Under the pieces are notes generated by a model. The model was given only the letters and a program-made list of their open reading frames with translations. It was not told where the DNA came from and made no database searches. DNA of 47,974 nucleotides from a candidate division WOR-3 bacterium (lineage in GTDB: Bacteria; Hydrothermota; Hydrothermia; B15-G9; WFZT01), in the NCBI GenBank assembly GCA_027053075.1, contig JALUEE010000042.1:1-47974 (forward strand). Reading direction: 5' to 3'. A program made the translations under genes and the position numbers. Positions 40,760 through 47,974 of the stretch are shown piece after piece (within the stretch, counting starts at the first letter, position 1; each line of letters starts with the position of its first letter).

Positions 40760-43700
40760 TATCTACCTCTCTCTTTCTCAAGCTGTGAGACCCTTCTTTC
40801 AAGTTCCTCAATCTTTGCCTGCTGTTTTTTGATCACTTCGAGGAGCACGGGGACAAGTTGCTCGTAATCGACACCTTCGACATGCCCGTCAGGTGCACGC
40901 TGGACAGCGGACGGCAGGACCTTTTCGAGTTCATCTGCAGGAATACCAGTTCTGGTCTCACCCTCTTGGATGAAAGTAACACCATGAAGTTTCTTTATCA
41001 TACTGAAAGGTGATGAGATAGAGAGGATTTTACCAGAGGGTGCATCAACAAAAGTGCCTTTGGAGGAATAGATCGAGCCGTTCACATAGAGTCGGTAACT
41101 TGTTGATGTGGCATTAGCTCCTATGAAGAAGTGTCCCGTATTGTCGCCCCAGTAAAACACAGCAGTACTATCGTGGCCATTTGTATGGGCAGAATCGCCA
41201 AATGCAAACGAATATTCACCATCAGCAGTGTTGCAACATCCGCCAACGGCAACGGCATACCGTCCTGACGCTGTGTTTACAGCTCCACCACCCACAAAGG
41301 AATAGGATGAATCAGCCCGGTTAAAGATTCCCCCGCCGACAAAGGAAGTATAACCTGACGCTCTGTTGCCCCACCCGCCCCCGACTAAAGACCAATCTCC
41401 AAACGCTTTGTTATATTTTCCACCGACAACGGTTGAGTAATCTCCCGACGCTGTATCAGCGTAACCGCCACCTACGAATGAGAGAATTCCTGACGCATTA
41501 TTATTCTTTCCTCCTCCAACAAACGATGTATCTCCAGATGCGTTATTTCCAAATCCACCAACAACAACCGAATAGCGGGCCGAGGCTGTATCAGAAGAAC
41601 CACCTCCTACAAAGGTATAGCCTGAATCGGCACGGTTATGATATCCGCCGCCGACAAAGGAATATTCCCCGCCAGATATATTGCCCTCGCCCCCAACCAC
41701 AATGGAGACGTATCCTGATGCTGTGTCTTTCAGTCCTGACCCGATAAAGGAATACCATTCTGACACTGTGTTAATAAATCCTCCTCCAATAAAGGAAAAC
41801 GGTCCGTGCACTGTGTTAAATTCTCCAGTTCCAATAAAGGAATAAGATTCTGATGCTGTGTCACGATCTCCGCTTCCGACAAACGAATAAGCTCCTGATG
41901 CTCTGTTTCGCCATCCCCCAACAACAATGGAACCCCATCCTGACGCTGTATTTTCTGCACCGCCGCCTATAAAAGCATAAGCCGTATCAGCTCGGTTGTG
42001 ATATCCGCCTCCGACGAATGAACCAAATCCTGACGCTGTGTGAGCAGCACCGCCACCAACGAATGATAAAGCCCCCAATGCATGGTTATTTTTTCCGCCC
42101 CCGACGAAGGATGTATCACCTGATACCCTGTTCCCATACCCACCTCCGATAAAAGAATAAGCTGAATCAACTTGGTTGTAATATCCTCCCACAATAACTG
42201 AGTAATCTCCTAACGCTATATTATTAAATCCTCCTCCGACAAAGGAAGAAAATCCTGACACTGTGTCGGCAGAACCACACCCTATGAATGAATTAACTCC
42301 TGATGTATGGTTATGCTTTCCACCCCCGATAAAGGAATAAGGAGTATCAGCACTGTTGTGATATCCCGCCACGACTGCGGAATAATCTCCTGATACCGTA
42401 TCCTTATATCCTCCGCCGACAAAGGCCAGAAATCTTGACGCGTTGTTGTACTCACCACCGACAATAATGGAATTATATCCAGATGCTGTGTTTCCGTGCC
42501 CACCACCGACGAAGGACCTAAATCCTGACGCTGTGTTGGCCACACCGCCGACAATAATGGATTCATGTCCTGACGCTGTGTTGAGTTCACCACCTCCCAC
42601 AAAGACTAAGTCTGAATCAGCACAATTGTAATATCCTCCAGCTACTACCGAAAAATCAGCCCATGATCTATTGAGGAGGCCACTCAAAACCGCAGAGTAC
42701 CTGCGGTTGACTCCAGGTAAACCAGTTATCGAGCCATGACCAAGATTTATGTGCGTGATCGCACTGTCTCCGAAAAGCGTGTCAGTCTCATCCATGGCCA
42801 ATCCGTATCTTGATACAGGGTAGATGATGTTACCTTCCACCTTCCACGGACTCGGTGGTGCCCCTGCAATCGAATCGGCAATTAAAGCATGGCTCGCTGT
42901 GTCGGCATTGACAGCATGCCCGGCATTTGTTGCATAGTTCGCCGTGTCAGCATGAACGGCAAGCCCTGTATTCGCCGCATAACCCGATGTGTCCGCAGTC
43001 ACCGCATGACCCGAATTTGTTGAAAAGTTAGCTGTGTCAGAATTTACGGAATGCCCTGCATTTATTGAGTAATCTGCAGTATCCGCACGAATCACATAGC
43101 CTGCCGTGTCTGAAGTCACAGCATGTCCAGCACCCACCGCATAACCCGCCGTATCAGCATATGCAACATAATTAGCTGAGTCAGCATGAACAGCATGCAT
43201 CGCACTCGCCGCATAATTCGATGTGTCAGCAATACTGCTATGACCCGCATTTGTCGCATAATCTGCCGTGTCTGAGTTGACTGCACGCCCAGTATTTGTC
43301 GCATAGTTAGCCGTATCAGCATATATCACATAACCTGCAGTGTCAGCAGTGACAGCGTGAGCTGCTTCTGTCGAGTAATTTGAAGTGTCAGAGCTAATAG
43401 AATGTCCTGCATTCGTGGCATAACCTGCAGTGTCCGCAGTCTGAGCATGAGTGGTCTGTCCAATCATGTGAGAAACAGTGTCCGCAACAGCAGCATGCAT
43501 CGCAAAATCGGCTGTGTCAGCATGTGTAAACTGATTGATATAATGGTAGGTTGTATCCGCAACGAGGGCATGAGTCGCTGTATCCGCATGGTGGGCGGAT
43601 GACGCAAAGCTCACGCTGTCAACATGGGCAAACAACGCCGTGTCCGCTGTGATGGAATGAGTGGAAAAACTCGCAGTATCAGCATGCATGGTATAACTCG

Positions 43701-44772
43701 CTGTATCGGCATGGACAGTATGCCCTGCATTTGTTGCATAACTTGCAGTATCAGAATGTAGAGAATATCCAGCAGTATCTGCAGTTAGGGCGTGCCCTGC
43801 GTTTCCTGAGTAATTCGCTGTGTCAGAGGTGACAGCATGTGTGGCATTTGTTGCGTAATCAGCGGTGTCAGCGCTAACAGTATGCTCTGCACTCATCGCG
43901 TAGTTAGCTGTGTCAGCATTGATAGCGTGCCCGGCATTGATTGCGTAAGTCGTAGTATCCGCATGCATCGCGTAACTAGAGGTATCGGCATTGAGGGCAT
44001 GTTCGGTATTCACTGCATAGTTTGCAGTGTCAGAATGGGCGGTATAGCCAGCATTTGCTGCATAACCTGCACTATCAGAATGCACCGCATAAGCCGCCGT
44101 ATCAGAGATGAAAGCATGGTCTGCATTTATCGCATGGTTAGCCGTGTCAGCAGTTACGGAGTGTACGGCATTGGTCGCAAAGTTAGCCGTATCAGAGTGC
44201 ATGGTATAACCAGCAGTGTCTGCATGAATTGCGTGACCCGCAATCTCTGCGTAGTTTGTAGTGTCAGAAGTGGTGGAGTGTCCCGCATTAATTGCAAAAT
44301 TGGCAGTATCAGTGTTGAATGCGTAACCAGAAGTGTCAGCATTGACAGCATGACCTGCATCTGCCGCATAATCAGAATTTATTGCCCTGTAACTGTATCC
44401 AACACTCACAACCTTTTGTCTCGGAGTCAATGGAGTACCATTTATCCTTATCTCAAGCCAGACATCACCTCCATTAAACACTGAGTCAGGTATCTGGGTA
44501 TTCTCTCCAAGAATCACATTGAACACACCGTTAAGAACAGCTACATTCATTTGAGGACTTTCCCAGAGGGCATTTCCGCCATTTTGGGTTCTGTAAAGGG
44601 CGAATACCATGTTCAGCGTATCGCTAACAGGATTGTTATCAGCTGTTGTCAGGTATCCTTGATAGTTTATAGTGTGGGGGACAGATTTTATTCCCTCCTG
44701 CATTTTTACAGGATGTGTTTTGGGTGTTAATAGCGGCTGTACCGCCATTAACACAAGTAGTATACCCACCAT
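40759..44772 (-). CDS. Large fibre/adhesin-like repeat protein with an S74-like C-terminal chaperone
   Basis: ATG 44772 follows AGGAGG. Signal peptide, INYQGYL N-domain, A-x-x/ADTA repeat stalk, 14-aa SFVGGG.xNxASG repeats, C-terminal KLHGVTF..GIPADELEKVLP..VDYEQLVPVLLEVIK plus coiled coil. Confidence 0.85.
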   Translation of the reverse strand: MVGILLVLMAVQPLLTPKTHPVKMQEGIKSVPHTINYQGYLTTADNNPVSDTLNMVFALYRTQNGGNALWESPQMNVAVLNGVFNVILGENTQIPDSVFNGGDVWLEIRINGTPLTPRQKVVSVGYSYRAINSDYAADAGHAVNADTSGYAFNTDTANFAINAGHSTTSDTTNYAEIAGHAIHADTAGYTMHSDTANFATNAVHSVTADTANHAINADHAFISDTAAYAVHSDSAGYAANAGYTAHSDTANYAVNTEHALNADTSSYAMHADTTTYAINAGHAINADTANYAMSAEHTVSADTADYATNATHAVTSDTANYSGNAGHALTADTAGYSLHSDTASYATNAGHTVHADTASYTMHADTASFSTHSITADTALFAHVDSVSFASSAHHADTATHALVADTTYHYINQFTHADTADFAMHAAVADTVSHMIGQTTHAQTADTAGYATNAGHSISSDTSNYSTEAAHAVTADTAGYVIYADTANYATNTGRAVNSDTADYATNAGHSSIADTSNYAASAMHAVHADSANYVAYADTAGYAVGAGHAVTSDTAGYVIRADTADYSINAGHSVNSDTANFSTNSGHAVTADTSGYAANTGLAVHADTANYATNAGHAVNADTASHALIADSIAGAPPSPWKVEGNIIYPVSRYGLAMDETDTLFGDSAITHINLGHGSITGLPGVNRRYSAVLSGLLNRSWADFSVVAGGYYNCADSDLVFVGGGELNTASGHESIIVGGVANTASGFRSFVGGGHGNTASGYNSIIVGGEYNNASRFLAFVGGGYKDTVSGDYSAVVAGYHNSADTPYSFIGGGKHNHTSGVNSFIGCGSADTVSGFSSFVGGGFNNIALGDYSVIVGGYYNQVDSAYSFIGGGYGNRVSGDTSFVGGGKNNHALGALSFVGGGAAHTASGFGSFVGGGYHNRADTAYAFIGGGAENTASGWGSIVVGGWRNRASGAYSFVGSGDRDTASESYSFIGTGEFNTVHGPFSFIGGGFINTVSEWYSFIGSGLKDTASGYVSIVVGGEGNISGGEYSFVGGGYHNRADSGYTFVGGGSSDTASARYSVVVGGFGNNASGDTSFVGGGKNNNASGILSFVGGGYADTASGDYSTVVGGKYNKAFGDWSLVGGGWGNRASGYTSFVGGGIFNRADSSYSFVGGGAVNTASGRYAVAVGGCCNTADGEYSFAFGDSAHTNGHDSTAVFYWGDNTGHFFIGANATSTSYRLYVNGSIYSSKGTFVDAPSGKILSISSPFSMIKKLHGVTFIQEGETRTGIPADELEKVLPSAVQRAPDGHVEGVDYEQLVPVLLEVIKKQQAKIEELERRVSQLEKERGR
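41185..42700 (-). repeat. 14-aa (42-bp) YadA-head-like repeats inside the fibre gene
   Basis: Tandem SFVGGGYxNxASGxY units; boundaries approximate. Confidence 0.85.
42866..44385 (-). repeat. 15-aa and 9-aa Ala-periodic repeats inside the fibre gene
   Basis: Units such as ADTANYATNAGHAVT and ADTAGYTMH; boundaries approximate. Confidence 0.85.
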
Positions 44773-44849
44773 ATCGTACCTCCTATTGAATTTAAAGAGC
44801 AAGACAATATTTTATTATCGCCGCATTCCGGCAGAAAAATTAAAAAATT

Positions 44850-44879
44850 ATCTTAAATCCGTTAAAAAACAACTGTCAA
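44850..44879 (-). promoter_or_regulatory. Putative sigma70 promoter of the fibre cassette
   Basis: Minus strand TTGACA (44879-74), 18-nt spacer, TAAGAT (44855-50). Confidence 0.5.
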
Positions 44880-45121
44880 GGAAATTTGAGATTTGTTGCA
44901 CCCCATCATTGATATTCTCAAAGCAAGTATTCATGCGGGGGAAAAATTTTTTGCGTTTGGAAATATGCGAACACACTTGCTAAATTTTAGCCTCTTCCAT
45001 CATGCAATTTTCTCTCAAAGAATTCGTTCTTGGGGTTAACTGGTATAGAGGCGATATCTTTAGATTGGGAGAATGCAACTCTGTATTTTTCTTCAGGAAA
45101 TTGATTCTGCTGAATTGAAGA

Positions 45122-45145
45122 TGCGGGAGCCGGGGAGCTCCCGCA
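45122..45145 (-). terminator. Hairpin after the AcuB-like gene
   Basis: TGCGGGAGC-n6-GCTCCCGCA, 4 nt past the stop. Confidence 0.5.
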
Positions 45146-45149
45146 AATG

Positions 45150-45791
45150 CTAATATTTTACGAAAAGTTTGTAGCCTTTGTCTCTTAAAGTAGAGAATAC
45201 TCTATCAGGGTTTGCAACTTTGATTCTCATTACAATGGTTCTCTTTTTCTTATCCGGTGACATCAGGGTTGTAAGACTCAAGATCAAGGGGTTAAACTGT
45301 GAAATAGTGCAAATTATATCCGCAATCTTACCAGCCTCCACAGGGACATCCTCGATGGTCAGCCTTATACCCTCTTCCTCAAGTCCGAGGATTTTGATCA
45401 TGGTTTTGAATATGTCTGTTTCCGTGATTATCCCCACTAACTTCTTTTTGTCGTTTAGAACAGGCAAATGCCCGATTCTGTACTTGTTCATCAGAATTGC
45501 GGCTTCCTCGAGCAGAGCATTCTCGTTGACCGTTATGGGATTTCTGGTCATCACATCTTCAACTTTCAGCTTAAGAAGGAGATATTGAATTTCGTGCTGG
45601 CTCAGGGTGGTGACTTTCGAGGGCATTGCCTCTCTCAGGGTGTTTATGGTAACGATCCCGACGAGCTTGTCCCCCTTCACCACAGGTAGAGCACGGATTT
45701 TGTTTTCCCTCATGGTCTTCTCGGCGTCAATCACGAGGGTGTCTGGAGTTACCGTTATGGGACTTGGTGTCATAACATCTTTAACAAACAT
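45150..45791 (-). CDS. CBS-pair plus ACT domain protein (AcuB family)
   Basis: VKDVMT.SPITV, LPVVKGDKLVGIVT, LSQHEIQYLL, GIITETDIF, C-terminal ACT-like domain. Confidence 0.88.
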   Translation of the reverse strand: MFVKDVMTPSPITVTPDTLVIDAEKTMRENKIRALPVVKGDKLVGIVTINTLREAMPSKVTTLSQHEIQYLLLKLKVEDVMTRNPITVNENALLEEAAILMNKYRIGHLPVLNDKKKLVGIITETDIFKTMIKILGLEEEGIRLTIEDVPVEAGKIADIICTISQFNPLILSLTTLMSPDKKKRTIVMRIKVANPDRVFSTLRDKGYKLFVKY

Positions 45792-45803
45792 CTCATTTCC
45801 TCC

Positions 45804-47015
45804 TTATTTCCATTCCCTTTTGTCAATTATTTTCTTTTCTGATTTTACACTATTTAAAGGAACAAATTCAAGCTTATCCACGCGAACCCTTAAGACATCC
45901 CGGAGTTTCGCAAGTAATTCTTCTCTCAATTTTTCAGCCTCATCGGTGTTCGTAGCTTCCACCTGCAGTTTTAGAAAGTCTCTCTCACCTTCACGTGTGA
46001 CCTCTGCGACAAAGTCAGCAAAAATTTCATATCGTTTCAACACGCCAGCGATCTGGCCAGGATGAATAAACATACCTCTAACCTTCACGGCATCGCCAAT
46101 TCTTCCCATAAAACCAGCGATTCTTTCTGTTTCCCTTCCACACTTACATGGCTCTTCAAGAAGTTTGGAAAGGTCACCGGTTCCAAATCTGATCAGCGGA
46201 TAAGTTTTATTGAACAGTGTGACAACGACCTCTCCCACTTCCCCTGGAGGCAGTTGTTTCCCGGTTGATGGGTCAACAATTTCAAGAATAAGATTTTCAA
46301 TAACATGCATACCTTCCCGGTATTCACATTCGAAGGCAATTGCCCCTACATCGGCTGTACCATAGCCCTGAAATGCCTTTATTCCATGCTCTTCAAAGGT
46401 TTTCCTCTGAGATGGTGTAAAGGGCTCAGCAGTTACAAAAGCCTTGTTTATCGTAAAATTAAGTCCGAGCTCCTCAGCCTTTTTTAAAAGTGTAATGAGA
46501 AAGCTCGGAGTGCCTATAAAGCCTGTTACACCAAGGTCGTTTATAATTCTAACCTGTAGCTCGGTATTTCCAACACCTGTAGGAACCACAGTGGCTCCAA
46601 TGGACCTGAGCCCCTCGTCAAACATTATTCCTGCCGGTGAGAGATGGTAAGAAAAGGTATTGATTACACTGTCATCCTGTGTGAAGCCAGCTGCAAGGAG
46701 CGGCTCTTTCCAGTTCCAGTAATCCTCTTCCTCTCCCTGCGGATCATAGATGGGCCCTGGCGATTGAAAAATTCTTTTAAGATTTTGTGGAGGAACAGCT
46801 AAAAGCCCGCCAAAAGGTGGATTCTGGCCCTGAATTTCCACCAGATTATCTTTCCGGATCACAGGAATTTTCTCAAGGTCTTCGATGGTTTTGATATCAT
46901 CGGGTTTTAGTCCCGCATCATCCATGCGCTTTTTAAACGCGGGTGAGTTTTGGTACGCAAATTTAACAATTTCCCTTAATTTTTTCTCACGTTTAGCTTT
47001 TAGGTCCACAATCAC
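45804..47015 (-). CDS. Phenylacetate-CoA ligase family protein (PaaK-like)
   Basis: GTG start after GGAGG. IFQSPGPIYDP, YGTADVG, YPLIRFGTGD, GRIGDAVKVRGMFIHP. Confidence 0.88.
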   Translation of the reverse strand: MIVDLKAKREKKLREIVKFAYQNSPAFKKRMDDAGLKPDDIKTIEDLEKIPVIRKDNLVEIQGQNPPFGGLLAVPPQNLKRIFQSPGPIYDPQGEEEDYWNWKEPLLAAGFTQDDSVINTFSYHLSPAGIMFDEGLRSIGATVVPTGVGNTELQVRIINDLGVTGFIGTPSFLITLLKKAEELGLNFTINKAFVTAEPFTPSQRKTFEEHGIKAFQGYGTADVGAIAFECEYREGMHVIENLILEIVDPSTGKQLPPGEVGEVVVTLFNKTYPLIRFGTGDLSKLLEEPCKCGRETERIAGFMGRIGDAVKVRGMFIHPGQIAGVLKRYEIFADFVAEVTREGERDFLKLQVEATNTDEAEKLREELLAKLRDVLRVRVDKLEFVPLNSVKSEKKIIDKREWK

Positions 47016-47021
47016 CTCCCA

Positions 47022-47816
47022 TCAGGTTAGCCATCTCTTTCTTCTCTTGTAATGTTTCACCTCTCTAAAGCTCTTTTTCTTACCGACCTGTGTGAGGCCG
47101 AGGTAAAATTCTTTTACGTCGGGGTTCTCTTTAAGCTTTTCTGCAGGTCCGTCCATAACAATTCTTCCGTTTTCCATAATGTAGCCATAAGTGGCGATGT
47201 TTAGAGCGGCCATAGCATTCTGCTCGACGATAAGGATTCCAACACCCTCTTCTTTGTTGATTCTCTCGATAATATCGAAGATTTCTTTAACAAGCAGTGG
47301 CGCGAGTCCAAGGGAAGGCTCGTCAAGGAGCATGAGTTTGGGGCGCGCCATAAGGGCTCTTCCAATAGCAAGCATCTGCTGCTCACCACCAGAGAGGTAG
47401 CCTGCAACTCTGTGTCGGAGCTCTTTAAGTCTGGGGAAGTAGGAATAGACCATTTCCATGTCGCTTTTGACATTGTGTTTGTCCTTTCGAGTGTATGCAC
47501 CTGCACGGAGATTTTCTTCGACTGTAAGGTGCTCGAAAACACGTCTCCCTTCCATGACCTGAAAAATGCCCATCTTAACGATTTCTTCTGCGCTCTTTTT
47601 ATCTATTCTTTCACCGTTAAACTCGATGGAGCCGTCCGTTACCTCTCCGTCCTCTTCTTTGAGGAGTCCGGAGATGGCCTTAAGGGTAGTAGTTTTCCCC
47701 GCTCCATTGGCGCCGAGAAGTGCCCTGATGTCACCATCAGGAACTTCTAACGAGACGCCTTTCAGAACGAGGATCACCTGGTTGTATATAACTTCAATGT
47801 TGTTGAGTACGAGCAT
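47022..47816 (-). CDS. ABC transporter ATP-binding protein (LivF-like)
   Basis: GANGAGKT, LSGGEQQMLAIGRALM, LLDEPSLGLAP, tail KHYKRRKRW. Confidence 0.93.
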   Translation of the reverse strand: MLVLNNIEVIYNQVILVLKGVSLEVPDGDIRALLGANGAGKTTTLKAISGLLKEEDGEVTDGSIEFNGERIDKKSAEEIVKMGIFQVMEGRRVFEHLTVEENLRAGAYTRKDKHNVKSDMEMVYSYFPRLKELRHRVAGYLSGGEQQMLAIGRALMARPKLMLLDEPSLGLAPLLVKEIFDIIERINKEEGVGILIVEQNAMAALNIATYGYIMENGRIVMDGPAEKLKENPDVKEFYLGLTQVGKKKSFREVKHYKRRKRWLT

Positions 47817-47830
47817 AATTTTATGAGTGT

Positions 47831-47863
47831 TTTAGGGCGGCGCCCGAAGGGCGCCGCCCTAAA
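47831..47863 (-). other. 15-bp perfect intra-operon hairpin (probable mRNA stabiliser)
   Basis: TTTAGGGCGGCGCCC-GAA-GGGCGCCGCCCTAAA, between the binding-protein and ATPase genes. Confidence 0.65.
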
Positions 47864-47869
47864 TTATTT

Positions 47870-47974
47870 TTATTCTCCCTTCTTCTCCCACTCAGGTACA
47901 GGTGGGACATTGAACCAATCTGTGGCTGCTACCAGTTTCCCATTCTTAATCGTTACAAGTCTAATTCCTTTCGC
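47870..47974 (-). CDS. C-terminus of a probable ABC substrate-binding protein (truncated by window edge)
   Basis: AKGIRLVTIKNGKLVAATDWFNVPPVPEWEKKGE* resembles LivK-type C-termini and lies upstream of the LivF-like gene. Confidence 0.6.
   Translation of the reverse strand, partial: AKGIRLVTIKNGKLVAATDWFNVPPVPEWEKKGE

Noticed and set aside
41185..44385. Periodic repeats as a possible CRISPR array or DGR template
   Set aside because: The repeats are in-frame, degenerate at third codon positions and lack unique spacers; no cas or reverse transcriptase gene is present.
40759..44772. Prophage call based on the tail-fibre/S74 similarity
   Set aside because: The protein has a signal peptide and there are no neighbouring capsid, terminase or integrase genes.
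39729..44862. 12-bp direct repeat TCTTAAATCCGT at 39729 and 44851 flanking the IS relic and fibre cassette
   Set aside because: An AT-rich 12-mer match is expected by chance at this scale, and no integrase or tRNA att site supports it.

Overview
Bacterial chromosomal window. Bases 1-26,226 are one contiguous + strand housekeeping supercluster: 5'-truncated rpoB, rpoC, the str operon (rpsL-rpsG-fusA-like-tuf), then S10, spc and alpha operons through rplQ. Two tRNA-Ser genes, a UPF0104 membrane protein, a divergent YchF-like NTPase and an inositol monophosphatase follow. About 29.7-45 kb is accessory DNA: decayed secreted-protein and M3-peptidase pseudogenes, REP-like palindromes, a PQQ-like beta-propeller lipoprotein, and an AT-rich island (DUF1232/YkvA, a 127-bp MITE with a target-site duplication, a PDZ-less trypsin-like protease, a dynamin-like GTPase and a coupled unknown partner). 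An IS1634 remnant and a two-gene surface-fibre cassette come next (1337-aa repeat fibre with an S74-like chaperone tail, coupled to a small protein with a T9SS/FlgD-like C-terminal domain). The window ends in a LivK/LivF-PaaK-AcuB-type operon on the minus strand. T9SS-like C-terminal domains and many Zn-binding ribosomal protein variants suggest an anaerobic, possibly thermophilic FCB-associated lineage such as WOR-3; this is inference only. The best leads are the protease-dynamin-partner island, the fibre/adaptor cassette, and the recycling-type (EF-G2-like) EF-G in the str operon. All calls come from reading the sequence by eye; no database searches were run.
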